DNA from: a virus
DNA length: 64,000 bases
Virus record (IMG/VR): IMGVR_UViG_3300034093_003283
Reading direction: 5' to 3' (one strand)
This document shows positions 38,578 through 50,500 of this stretch, in pieces (position 1 is the first letter of the stretch; each line of letters begins with the position of its first letter). The translations under genes and the position numbers were made by a program. The notes beneath the pieces were generated by a model that did not search any database, had not been told where the DNA came from, and worked only from the letters and a program-made list of their open reading frames with translations.

Positions 38578-41145
38578 ATGGCATTATTAAAAATAAAACC
38601 CTTTATCATAGATGAAACTAATAGTAGTTCATTTAATAAAGCCAATTCTGCTTTTGATGCAGCCAACTCTGCGGCATCTTTTGCTAATGGTGCCTTTGCA
38701 CATGCTAATGCAGCTTACAATGCAGCCAATACTGGTGCTTCTAGTACAGATGCATATGCAAGAGATACTGCCAATGCTTCTTTTGTAACAGCCAATTCAG
38801 GTGCATCGTTTGCTAATGGTGCTTTTGTTGCAGCCAACTCATCATCATCTTTTGCTAATGGCGCTTTCGATAGAGCCAATGCGGCCTATAATGCTGCGAA
38901 TACTGCAACAGATTCTTGGGTAAGAACTCAAGCAAATAATGCATATGACAAGGCAAACTCCGCCGGTTCATTTGCTAATGGTGCTTTTGATGCAGCTAAT
39001 ACGGCTGATGGTAAATCCGTTAGTTCGGGTTCTTTTGCTAATGGTGCCTTTGATAGAGCTAACGCCGCATACAATGCAGCCAATACCGCCACAGACCCAT
39101 GGGTAAGAACACAAGCAAATAATTCTTATGATACTGCAAACTCGGCTGGTTCATTTGCCAACGGAGCTTTTGTAACAGCCAACTCTGGTGCATCATTTGC
39201 TAATGGTGCTTTCACCAAGGCCAATTCTGCAAATGTATTGGCGCAGGCAGCATTCGATGTTGCCAATTCGGCAGCCAGTTTTGCCAATGGCGCTTTCACT
39301 ACAGCAAACTTAAAATTTAATACATCAGGTGGTACAATTTCTGGTGATGTTTCTATTACCGGTAACCTAAATGTGCAAGGTAATACATTTAGTACCAGTG
39401 CAACTCAAATTGTTGCTAATGATACTATGTTCATTATGGGTACAGGCAATTATTCTGGTGATGTGTTAGACATTGGATTTGCTGCACACTATAATAATGG
39501 TATTAATGCACATACTGGATTGATAAGAGATTCAGGTACCAAAGAATGGCAGTTGTTTGAAGAATATACTCCAGAAGTTGGTTCAAACAACAACATCAAC
39601 ATTGCGGATGCATCATTCAAACTTGCCACTCTAAATGCAAATGTAAAATCAACAACTATATTGATAAAAAATATAGATGTATTGCCTTATATAAACAATG
39701 CATATGCAGCTGCAAATTCTGGTGCATCGTTTGCTAATAGTGCTTTTGATGCAGCCAACTCTGCTTCTAATTATGCCAACGGAGCATTTACAGCAGCCAA
39801 TACCGCTGATGGTAAAGCAACTAGTGTCGGTCTATATGCTAATGGTGCTTTTAGTTCTTCTAACTCAGCATCTAGTTACGCTAATGGTGCTTTTGGTACG
39901 GCTAACTCAGCAGCACTGTATTCTAATGGTGCCTTTTTACAATCCAATTCATCTTTTGGTGCCGCAAATTCAGCCAGTTTGTATGCTAATGCGGCTTTCG
40001 CTGCAGCAAATTCTGGATCAAGTGCAGGGTTTGCTTTTAGTCAGGCTAATGCGGCTTTTGGTGCCGCAAACTTGGCCAGTTCATTTGCTAATAGTGCTTT
40101 CTCTCAAGCCAATTTGGCATACAATGCAATTATCACCAGTAGTAATACCGCATCATTATATTATTTAACAAGAACATTTGCTGGTGATGGTAGTACCACC
40201 GCATTTACAGTAACAGCAAACACCACATCAAACAGCATTCTTGTTTTTGATAATGGTATTACACAAAATCCAATAGTTGATTATAGTGTAAGTGGTACAA
40301 CATTAACTTTCACAACGGCACCAAGTAACGGGTCAGTAATACAAGTTCGTGAAATGTTGAGTAACGTACCAGTAGTTACAGACAACTCAAACTCAGCATT
40401 TGATAGAGCAAATGCGGCTTTTGCTGCAGCAAATACTGCCACAGATTCATGGGTAAGAACACAGGCCAATAATGCATATGATACAGCCAACTCGGCAGGT
40501 TCATTTGCTAACGGAGCTTTTGTAACTGCAAACTCTAATTCAAGTTTTGCCAATGGTGCTTTCGATAGAGCTAATGCATCATATGGCGTAGCAAATTCTG
40601 GTTCATCATTTGCTAATGGTGCTTTTACTACTGCCAATTCTGGTGCAACATTTGCTAATGCATCTTTTGATAGAGCCAACTCAGCAGCTAGCTTTGCTAA
40701 CAGTGCTTTTATAACTGCTAATGCATCCTATGCATCACAAAACACTACGGCTGGTTTTGCCAATTCGGCATATGCTCACGCTAATGCAGCTTACTTAGCA
40801 GCAAACACAAGTGGCGGTGCTGACACTTATGCCAGAGATACAGCTAACGCATCTTTCTTACAGGCTAATTCGGCAGCTAGCTTTGCTAATGGTGCCTTTA
40901 CAACAGCCAATGCATCATTTACAAAAGCAAATACAGCTACAATATATACAGCATCGTCTACTGCGCCATCATCATCAAAACCTGGAGACCATTGGTATTT
41001 AACTACAACAGATATTCTTTATGAATATATAAATGATGGCACAAGCAATAATTGGGTAGATATAACTTCACCAACAATTTCAAACGGTACAACTAGCAGT
41101 GCATCCACAGAAACAATTAGTCCATTCTTGTTAATGGGTGCATAA
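38578..41145 (+). CDS. Long Asn/Ala coiled-coil fibre stalk, ends in SPFLLMGA
   Basis: Dozens of ANxAxxF/ANGAF heptads, a central DIGF..HYN module, a GDGSTT domain, and an AP....GD.WY....LY.Y..DG....WV module near the C-terminus. Confidence 0.75.
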   Translation: MALLKIKPFIIDETNSSSFNKANSAFDAANSAASFANGAFAHANAAYNAANTGASSTDAYARDTANASFVTANSGASFANGAFVAANSSSSFANGAFDRANAAYNAANTATDSWVRTQANNAYDKANSAGSFANGAFDAANTADGKSVSSGSFANGAFDRANAAYNAANTATDPWVRTQANNSYDTANSAGSFANGAFVTANSGASFANGAFTKANSANVLAQAAFDVANSAASFANGAFTTANLKFNTSGGTISGDVSITGNLNVQGNTFSTSATQIVANDTMFIMGTGNYSGDVLDIGFAAHYNNGINAHTGLIRDSGTKEWQLFEEYTPEVGSNNNINIADASFKLATLNANVKSTTILIKNIDVLPYINNAYAAANSGASFANSAFDAANSASNYANGAFTAANTADGKATSVGLYANGAFSSSNSASSYANGAFGTANSAALYSNGAFLQSNSSFGAANSASLYANAAFAAANSGSSAGFAFSQANAAFGAANLASSFANSAFSQANLAYNAIITSSNTASLYYLTRTFAGDGSTTAFTVTANTTSNSILVFDNGITQNPIVDYSVSGTTLTFTTAPSNGSVIQVREMLSNVPVVTDNSNSAFDRANAAFAAANTATDSWVRTQANNAYDTANSAGSFANGAFVTANSNSSFANGAFDRANASYGVANSGSSFANGAFTTANSGATFANASFDRANSAASFANSAFITANASYASQNTTAGFANSAYAHANAAYLAANTSGGADTYARDTANASFLQANSAASFANGAFTTANASFTKANTATIYTASSTAPSSSKPGDHWYLTTTDILYEYINDGTSNNWVDITSPTISNGTTSSASTETISPFLLMGA
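39262..39764 (+). repeat. ~500-bp dispersed duplication, copy 1 (copy 2 at 42790-43292)
   Basis: Colinear at an offset of 3528 bp. Includes 50 identical bp (39541-39590 = 43069-43118). Confidence 0.9.
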
Positions 41146-41154
41146 GGAAAAAAC

Positions 41155-41484
41155 ATGGCAACAGCATACAAAGTTTTAGGTCAATCAAATCCAGCAGCAA
41201 ACACAGCAACAACTCTTTATACTGTACCTGCGGCAACAAGTACAATTATTTCCACACTTTCTATTTGCAATCAGTCTGCAACTGGTGGCACAGTTAAAGT
41301 GGCTATTCGTCCAGCAGGAGCAACATTGGCTACACAACACTATTTGGCATTTGACGCACCTGTACCAGCAAATGATATGTTATCATTGACACTTGGTTTA
41401 ACTTTAGCAGCAACTGATGTTGTCACAGTAAATGCAAGTAGTGCATTAATAAGTTTTCATGCTTATGGTAGTGAGATAACATAA
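41155..41484 (+). CDS. Small beta-sandwich adaptor, type 2 (MATAYKVLGQ)
   Basis: TTLYTVP....TIIST..ICN, V.AND...LTLG.TL...DV.TV, SF..YG.EI. Confidence 0.65.
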   Translation: MATAYKVLGQSNPAANTATTLYTVPAATSTIISTLSICNQSATGGTVKVAIRPAGATLATQHYLAFDAPVPANDMLSLTLGLTLAATDVVTVNASSALISFHAYGSEIT

Positions 41485-41485
41485 T

Positions 41486-42415
41486 ATGTCTGTTAAAAAA
41501 TTATCTAACAGTACATTATCCACTAAGAATACTTCTTTAAGTGGTGATTTAATAACAGTTGAGATGTTACTGGTTGGAGGAGGTGGAGGAGGTGGATCAG
41601 CAGGAGGTGGTGCTGGTGGTTATAATTATCAGAGCACATTTATTTTTAAAAAAAATGTAACCTATACAGTAATCGTTGGTAACGGTGGTGCTGGCGCCGC
41701 AGGAGTCTTCAGTGCGAGTTCTTCAAATGGAGAACGAGGTGGTGACACTTCAATCACATCAACTGGTTTTTCTTTGTATGCATATGGCGGTGGATGGGGC
41801 ATTGGAGGTTACACAGATCCAAAAAAGGCAGGAAGTGGCGCCTCAGGCGGCGGTGGAGTTAGTAGCTCCACAACAGACCACTTGGGCGGGGAACCAATCA
41901 CAGGTCAAGGAAATGCTGGAGGTGATGCATTTATATCAGGCACTGCTTTAGCAGGTGCCGGCGGTGGCGGCGCAGGTGCTGTTGGTGGAAATAGTGTAAG
42001 CGCCACAGTGGCAGGTTCAGGTGGTATTGGATTACAAAATTCCATAACAGGCACTGCAACATATTATTGCGGCGGTGGCGGTGGCGGCAGCAGCGGCGCC
42101 GGCACAGCGGGCAACGGTGGTGCAGGTGGTGGTGGTGGAGGAAGTTCAACAGCTGGAGGCACAGGAGGTTCAAACGGCGGCCAGAATGGAACAAATACAG
42201 TTGGTGGGAATGGCGGAACAAATTCCGGCGGTGGCGGTGGTGGTATGAAAAACTCCGCCGGCACTAATGCAGGTAACGGTGGTTCAGGTATTGCAGTCAT
42301 CAAGTACCCAACCGGTTACGCAGCAGCCACAACAACAGGTACAGTTACATATTCAATACTATCTGGTTTTAGAATATATACCTTTACAGGTTCAGGAACA
42401 ATTAAATTTAATTAA
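41486..42415 (+). CDS. Glycine-rich adhesin-like tip protein
   Basis: VE.L.VGGGGGGG...GGGAGG, YTV.VG.GG, G.G....ITG...YY.GGGGG, GGSG...I.YP, IYTFT.SG. Polyglycine composition as in T-even gp38-type adhesins. Confidence 0.7.
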   Translation: MSVKKLSNSTLSTKNTSLSGDLITVEMLLVGGGGGGGSAGGGAGGYNYQSTFIFKKNVTYTVIVGNGGAGAAGVFSASSSNGERGGDTSITSTGFSLYAYGGGWGIGGYTDPKKAGSGASGGGGVSSSTTDHLGGEPITGQGNAGGDAFISGTALAGAGGGGAGAVGGNSVSATVAGSGGIGLQNSITGTATYYCGGGGGGSSGAGTAGNGGAGGGGGGSSTAGGTGGSNGGQNGTNTVGGNGGTNSGGGGGGMKNSAGTNAGNGGSGIAVIKYPTGYAAATTTGTVTYSILSGFRIYTFTGSGTIKFN

Positions 42416-42417
42416 AA

Positions 42418-44142
42418 ATGGCATTTCCAATATCACCAACCAACGGCCAAACGGCCACAGTAAACGGTATAACATATACCTACAGTGACACTTATGGCAC
42501 ATGGACAAGGTTGCGTACGGATGCTAACGTAATAACATCTTTGGCGAACGCAGCATTTGATAGAGCAAATGCGGCCTATAATGCTGCAAATACTGCCACA
42601 GATCCATGGGTAAGAACACAAGCTAATAATGCATATGATAAAGCCAATTCAGGTGCAACATTTGCTAATGGTGCTTTTGTAACTGCTAATGCGGCATTTA
42701 CATCACAAAATACAACAGCTGATTTTGCCAACGGTGCATTTGTAGCAGCCAACTCTGGTGCATCTTTTGCTAATGCAGCTTTCTTAACAGCCAACTCAGC
42801 AGCCAGTTTTGCTAACGGTGCATTTACCACAGCAAACTTAAAATTCAACACTTCAGGTGGTACAATTTCTGGCGATGTTAATATTACAGGCAATCTTTCC
42901 ATAACAGGAAACACATTCAGCACCAGTGCCACACAGATTGTTGCTAATGATACTCTGTTCATCATGGGTACCGGAAACTATTCAGGTGATGTACTTGATA
43001 TTGGTTTTGCGGCACACTATAATAATGGTATCAATGCACACACAGGTTTGATACGTGATGCTGGTACTAAAGAATGGCAGTTGTTTGAAGAATATACTCC
43101 AGAAGTTGGTTCAAACAATAACATCATTATAACAGATGGTTCATTTAAGATTGCAACATTAAATGCAAATCTAAAATCTACATCAATTACAATCAAGGGC
43201 ATAGATTTATTGCCATATGTGAATAATGCTTTTGATAAGGCAAATTCTGGTGCATCGTTTGCTAATGGTGCTTTTGATGCAGCCAACTCTGCGGCATCTT
43301 TTGCTAATGCAGCATTTGGTTCATCCAATTCAGCCAGTTTGTATGCCAATGGTGCATTCACGGCAGCCAATACTGCCGATGGTAAAGCCACAAGTGCTGG
43401 TCTGTATGCCAATGCAGCTTTTGCTGCAGCCAATACTGGTGCTTCTTCAACAGATTCCTATGCAAGAAGTACCGCAAATGCAGCTTTTGTTCAAGCTAAT
43501 GCTGCATTTAATCAAGCAAATACTGGTGGTACAGATACATGGGTAAGAACACAAGCTAATAATGCATATGACAAAGCTAATTCTGGTGCATCTTTCGCTA
43601 ATGGAGCTTTCACCACAGCCAATTCTGGTGCAATATTTGCAAATGCAGCCTTTGATAGAGCCAATGCTGCTTATGCTCAGGCAAATACAGGTAGCGCCGG
43701 ATCAGGAACACCAGTAGTAATTTATTCTGATAGATTCACCGCAAGCGGCGCAACAACAACATTCACTTTAAGCACATCACCAACAAGTGAAAATTATATA
43801 ATTGTTGTTGTTGACGGTATCACACAACTCAGAGACACATATAGTGTTTCTGGTAATGTGGTAACATTTGATACTACATTTGAAAATGGTGCGAATGTTG
43901 AAGTCACTGCAATAACTGGTGGCGGCAGTCTCGACCCTTATGCCGCAAACACAGCAAACTTGGCATACACACAAGCTAATGCGGCCTTTGCTGCAGCTAA
44001 TAGTGCTGGCGGTGCGGATACATATGCTAGAACAACCGCAAATGCAGCATTCATTACAGCCAACGCAGCATTCATCCAAGCAAATACAGGTGGTACATCA
44101 TTATCAAAGGCGATTGCAATGTCAATTGTTTTTGGATTCTAA
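42418..44142 (+). CDS. Asn/Ala coiled-coil fibre stalk with MAFP.SPTNGQ N-terminus, ends in KAIAMSIVFGF
   Basis: Heptad repeats, DIGF..HYN module duplicated from 38578, GDGSTT-like domain. Confidence 0.75.
   Translation: MAFPISPTNGQTATVNGITYTYSDTYGTWTRLRTDANVITSLANAAFDRANAAYNAANTATDPWVRTQANNAYDKANSGATFANGAFVTANAAFTSQNTTADFANGAFVAANSGASFANAAFLTANSAASFANGAFTTANLKFNTSGGTISGDVNITGNLSITGNTFSTSATQIVANDTLFIMGTGNYSGDVLDIGFAAHYNNGINAHTGLIRDAGTKEWQLFEEYTPEVGSNNNIIITDGSFKIATLNANLKSTSITIKGIDLLPYVNNAFDKANSGASFANGAFDAANSAASFANAAFGSSNSASLYANGAFTAANTADGKATSAGLYANAAFAAANTGASSTDSYARSTANAAFVQANAAFNQANTGGTDTWVRTQANNAYDKANSGASFANGAFTTANSGAIFANAAFDRANAAYAQANTGSAGSGTPVVIYSDRFTASGATTTFTLSTSPTSENYIIVVVDGITQLRDTYSVSGNVVTFDTTFENGANVEVTAITGGGSLDPYAANTANLAYTQANAAFAAANSAGGADTYARTTANAAFITANAAFIQANTGGTSLSKAIAMSIVFGF
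42790..43292 (+). repeat. ~500-bp dispersed duplication, copy 2
   Basis: See 39262-39764. Confidence 0.9.
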
Positions 44143-44151
44143 GGATTTAAA

Positions 44152-44511
44152 ATGGCAAACCCAAACATAGCAGCACTAACAACAATTAATGGAAATACAC
44201 AGGTACAAGCAGTCACCACATCGGCTGCAGCTATTGCAGTCAATCCATCATCTAGTGGTATGATATTGAAAATCAACTCATTGATTATTTCCAATATTCA
44301 TGCAACGAATGCACAAGATATAACAGTTGATTTGTTTAGAAGTGCAACAGCCTATAAAATAATTAGCACAGTTTCGGTGGCCGCAGACACTTCGTTTACA
44401 GCCATTGATAAAACACTTTCCATTTATTTGTTAGAAGGTGATACTTTGAGATTGACAGCCAGCAACAACAGCACACTACAAGCAATCTGTTCGTTTGAGG
44501 AGATCAGTTAA
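44152..44511 (+). CDS. Small beta-sandwich adaptor, type 3 (MANPNI)
   Basis: N..SSG...KINS...SN, T.SV.AD......DK...IYL.EGD.L, S.EEI. Confidence 0.65.
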   Translation: MANPNIAALTTINGNTQVQAVTTSAAAIAVNPSSSGMILKINSLIISNIHATNAQDITVDLFRSATAYKIISTVSVAADTSFTAIDKTLSIYLLEGDTLRLTASNNSTLQAICSFEEIS

Positions 44512-47500
44512 TGTTTAATGCCGGTGTTAGAGGCAAAAGATCAAAAGACACAACAGGTATTATTACAGTTGGTGAACATTTTAACCAACAAAATTTCCTA
44601 GTACCTACTGTTACCCGGTTTGCGGTAACTGATGGATCTTATGTTGACACAAATGATGCCGCAGCAGACACAGCAGGCAGTCAAACCATCGTCTTATATG
44701 GGTCAGGTTTCGCACCTGGTGCGACCGTTTTGGTTGGGTCTACTACGATAGGTGCAGTAACATTCCTGGATTCTGGACGCCTGGCATTTAGTTCTCCTGC
44801 ATTAGGTTCTGGTAGTTATACCATTTTCGTTACCAATGCAAATGGTGGTACTGGTATTCTTGTACCAGGTTTGGTATATTCTGGTGTACCAACATTCACA
44901 ACGTCAGCTGGTTCATTGGGTTCTGTATATGAAACAACTGCAATCAGTACAACAGTTGTTGCAACAGGCGATGCACCAATTACATATGCAATATCTTCTG
45001 GTTCTTTACCAACAGGTTCAACACTAAGTTCTAGTGGTACAATTTCAGGTACTGCACCTGTGGATGGTTCAAGTACAACATATTCATTTACTGTACAAGC
45101 CACGGATGCAGATAATCAGGACTCAGTTCGTTCTTTTTCACTTACAATTAATACAGATGTTGTTTCATTCTCATCACCAGCAAACAACACAACAACTACT
45201 GTAACACAAAATTCACCAATATCAAATGTGACACCTGCTGCAACTTCTGCGGCCGGTTATGGTGTACTGTATACTTCTAGTGGATTGCCAACTGGTCTAT
45301 CAATGAATACCTCCACAGGTATAATTTCTGGTACACCAACTGTTGTTGCAAGTAACACATCAATCATAACTGCAACTGCAAATACAACAAGTAGAACTGC
45401 GGCACTATATTTGAACTGGACAATCAATCTTCCTGGTGACTTGTTCTGGAAGTATGCATCATTATTAATGAGTGCAAATTCTGCGCCAAACGGAAACACA
45501 TTCAACACAGATGCAAGTACAATCAATAATGAAATTGTGGTTGTTGCAGATACAAAGCCAAATGAGTTCCATCCTTTTAAAGAAGGTTATTACAGCAACT
45601 TCTTTGATGGTACGGGGGATTATTTGGCCATATTGACCAGTTCCGCTTTCAACATTGCTACCAATAGTTTTACGGTAGAAGCATGGATCAATACCAGTTC
45701 AGCAACACAACAAACAATTTTTAACATTTCAGATACCGCCAGTTCAGGGTATGGAGCTGTTCGTGTTCAAGTATTAGCCGATAAAACTGTACAATGGTTA
45801 ATGGGTCCAGGTGGTTCTTGGGGTGTGGCAGTAACCGCAGGATCAATTGTTTTGGGAGCATGGAACCACATCGCAATTACTCGCAACGGATCATCTGTAT
45901 ATTTCTTTGTTAATGGATTGCAAGTGGGTACAACACAAACTTATGCAACTTCTTTAACAACGGGTGGCACAACATACATTGGCTACAATAGCGGCACAGC
46001 ATATGGATTTAACGGTTATATTTCCAATCTTAGATTTGTAAATGGCACCGCATTATATACCGCAAATACAACTTTATCAACTGCACCACTAACATATGTG
46101 GCCAACACATCTTTGTTGACATGTCAATCTAATAGACTGATTGACAATTCAAATAATAACTTTACAATCGTAAAGGGTGGTGATACAAGAGTTAATCCAT
46201 TTAGCCCATTCAATGGCACACCAACAACAGTCACTGTGCCTGGTGCAAATAATTACAGTGTATATTTTGATGGTACTGGAGATTATTTGACTACCGCAGC
46301 AACTTCGGTTTGGGCAAATTTATGGTTTGGTGATGTAACAGTAGAATGTTGGGTATATTTTAATTCTGTTGCAAGCACGCCGCACATTTGGTCATTTAGT
46401 GAATCATCATCTATAAGAGTAACTTTGTATGTAGATTCTTCTGTGTTTAAATTATATACTACAGTAAGCACAGGTAGTGTTATTATTACCTCAGCTACAA
46501 CACTTACTACTGGTCGTTGGTATCATGTAGCTATAACTAAAAATAGTGGTACTTGGACAATGTGGTTAAATGGTGTATCTCAAGGTACATCTACGAGTAC
46601 GAATAGACCATATGGTGTAAATGAAATGTTAGCAGTAGGAACTCAAAACTATTCACCCGGCGCAGGTGATTATTTAAACGGTTATATTTCCAATTTTCGT
46701 GCAGTATCTAATACCGCAGTATACACCTCAGCCTTTACACCAAGTACAACACCACTCACCGCAATTGCCAACACCAGTTTGTTAACAGCACAAGCAAACA
46801 CTATAATTGACAATTCTAGTAATGCACTTACTATTACCACAAATGGTAATGCAGGTCCAGCAAGAAACGGACCTTTTGCAAACACAACAACAGTTACTTT
46901 AATTGGCAATGAAGGATCAGCATATTTTGATGGTACTGGTGATCTTTTAACAATACCAAATCATCCCTCACATGCTGCATTGGGAACATCAAATTTCACT
47001 TTAGAGTTATGGTTTAATCAAACTGTTTTAAATGCTCGTGACAATTACCTTATTTCCCATCGTGTAGGTGGTTATGCACCATTTTTATTCTGGATCAACA
47101 GTTCGGGTTCATTAAGATCGTATGCAAGTACCAGTTTAGGTAGTTGGGATACAATGAATGATACCGCTTTGGCTACAATATCTCTTAATACATGGTATCA
47201 TCTTGCATACACTCGGAGTGGATCTACATTTAAAATATTTTTAAATGGTGCTCAAGTACATTCATTTACATCATCTGCAACATTTACCACAGCAACTACT
47301 GCACTTAACATAGGTGGTCAAGTTGGAGGCACTGATAACTTTACTGGATATGTTTCTAATGCTCGGTTTGTCAAAGGCACCGCATTATACACCAGTGCAT
47401 TCGTTCCTTCTTTTGCACCACTAACACCTGTGGCCAATACAGTATTGTTGACAGCACAAACAAACCTATCTTCAAATACAAAAGTGATAGTTGATGAAAG

Positions 47501-50500
47501 TAATTTAAACAATATAGTTTCAGGATTTGGAAACTCAAACTTAGGCACATTCAGCCCATTTGGCAGTTCACGGAGTGTATATTTTGATGGTACTGGTGAT
47601 TATTTGGACGTACCTAGTAACGCTGTTTTTACATTGGGTACAGGTGATTTCACAATTGAAGGTTGGATGTATATGAATTCGGTGACAACCGGCACATTAT
47701 ATGATAGTAGAACCGGTGTATCTTCTGTATCTCCTGTAATTTATTTAACTAGCGGAGTGTTAGTATATTATGTTGCTGGATCAAATGTAATAACTGGACC
47801 AACATTATTAACAGGTCAATGGTATCATATCGCAGTAGTTAGAAATTCTGGTTCTACTAAAATGTATTTAAATGGTACTCAAACTGGATCAACTTACACA
47901 GATAGTAACAATTATGTAATTGGAGGACCTAAAATAGGTGCAGGTTACAGTAATGTAAATTTATTAACTGGTTACATTTCTAACCTTCGTGTTGTTAAAG
48001 GAACCGCAGTTTACACCGCAAATACAACTGCGCCAACCACACCATTAGTATCAGTAGCTAACACAGTATTACTAACTTGTAACTCAAATCAATTTGTTGA
48101 TTATGCTGCGGCCAATAATGTTATCACAAGAAACGGTGATGCTGTTGTGTCTGAATTCAGCCCATTCAGTACAGTCACAGTAACGCCTGCAAGTTATAGT
48201 GGTTACTTTGATGGTAATGGAGATTATTTGAGTGTACCCACTAATGCTGCATTTTCTATTGGTACTGGTGATTATACAGTTGAAACATGGTTATACTTAA
48301 CTGGAAGTGCCGCAAACATGACATTTTTTGCTGGAGGTGTTACTGGCACACCCGTATTTAATATTGGATTAACACGAACTACTATAAGTATTAATCCGTA
48401 CGGCTCAGGGCCGGTTAATGAAACACAAGGATGTGTTCAGTATTTTAATTTTAATTTAAATACATGGTATCATGTGGCAATTACTAGAGCAAGTGGCACC
48501 ACTAAAATATTTTTGAACGGAACGCAACTTGGTACAAATGTAAATGATCCATATGGTTATGTACAAGGTGCAATGGGTATCGGTGCAACTCAAGATAATG
48601 TTCAACCTTTTACTGGTTATATCTCAAACCTTAGATACGTGAAAGGCACCGCATTATACACTTCAAACTTCACACCATCCACAACACCACTAACAGCCGT
48701 TGCAAACACCAGTTTGTTAGCTTGCCAGTCTACAACATTTGTTGACACCAGTAATAATGCATTTGCAATCACAGTCAACGGTAATGCAAAGCCAGTGATA
48801 CAAAATCCGTTTACTGATACTGTTAGTACTGCATCAAATTATTCTGCAAACACTTTTGGTAACAGCGTGTACTTTGATGGCACTGGAGATTATGCAAGCT
48901 ACACTGCATCATTATTAATTCCAGGTCCATTTACTGCGGAGTGTTGGTTCTACAATACAAGTACTTCGGGCGCACAACAAACACTTTTTGCATTTAATTC
49001 TACTTCTGGTGCATATGCATCAGTTAGAGTTGACTGTGATGGAAGTAACGCTTCAAATCAGATGCAAGCTCTTTTAAGTACCAGCGGTTCTGCATGGACC
49101 ACAAACATAGGAGTGACTAGTGCTTATGTAAAGGGTGTTTGGAACCATATAGCTGTTACCCGTGACAGTTCAAATTTAGTTAGATTTTTTGTGAATGGTG
49201 TGGTGATCGGCACCGCAACACAAACGGGAACGTTATATAACACATCAACCATTCACGGAATTGGTACGGCAAGCTTGCCCGGTGCTATAAGCGGTCCATT
49301 CCAAGGGTATATTTCAAACCTCAGAATGATTAATGGTCAAGCACTATACACCGGACCATTTATACCTTCTGGTCAACCATTACCAGTAACATCAAACACA
49401 ACATTGTTGCTTGCAAGCACAGTAGGTCCATCAACAGCAGATGCAACAAGAAACCACAATATAGAAACTTTTGGTACTGCAAGACAAGTGGCCAACAATT
49501 CACCATACTATGATACATACAGTGCATACTTTAAGGGTAGCTCGGATTTGCTGTCAATACCGGGAAATTCAGCATTTGCATTTGGTACAGGAGATTTTAC
49601 TGTTGAATTTTGGTTATATAATAATGTTTCATGGGCTTCACAAACTAATCCGGGTGTTGTTGGACAAAAACAGGATGATGGAACAGCCGGTTGGCAAATC
49701 TATAGAAACGGCGGTTCAAATGATATGTATGTTAGAATCGTTAACACCAATGATTATGGTTCCGGAGTAACTCCAGCAACACAGGTTTGGGAACATTGGG
49801 CTTTAGTTAGATCCGGTAGCAATTTAACTTGGTATAGAAATGGTACTGCTACTTATACACATACTGGATTTAGCCAGAATATAACTGATACAGCAGGTTT
49901 ATTGTATATTGGATATACGCAAACATGGGGTGGATATCTCAATGCAATAATTTCAAATTTACGTATTGTAAAGGGTACCGCAGTATACACCTCAAATTTT
50001 ACACCAAGTACCACACCACTAACCGCAATAGCAAACACAGTATTATTAACATGCCAATCAAATAGATTCATTGATGGATCCACGAATGCATTTACTATTA
50101 CCAAAGCAGGTGACGCAAAGATAACCGCATTTGTACCTTTTGCGAACAGCAATAACTCAAGATTTAATTCTGTGTATTTCCCAACCAAAACAGATTATCT
50201 TGGTATAAGACCACAACCAAATGTTATAACATTTCCAGGTGACTTCACATTCGAATGCTGGGTGTATCCAACAGACACTACACTAAGTTCTACTTGGGGT
50301 ATTTGGGATTCCAGACAAGCTGGCGGAACTGCAAACCCAATGATATTCTTTTTGACGGCTTTAGCATCACCAGTTACCGGTTCATGGAGATTGTCTTATT
50401 ATAATGGAACACAATATTATGGTACAGGAACAGTTTTATGGAATCAATGGACACATGTGGCTTGGGCTCGTAGTGGTACGACAATGACTTTCTATGTCAA

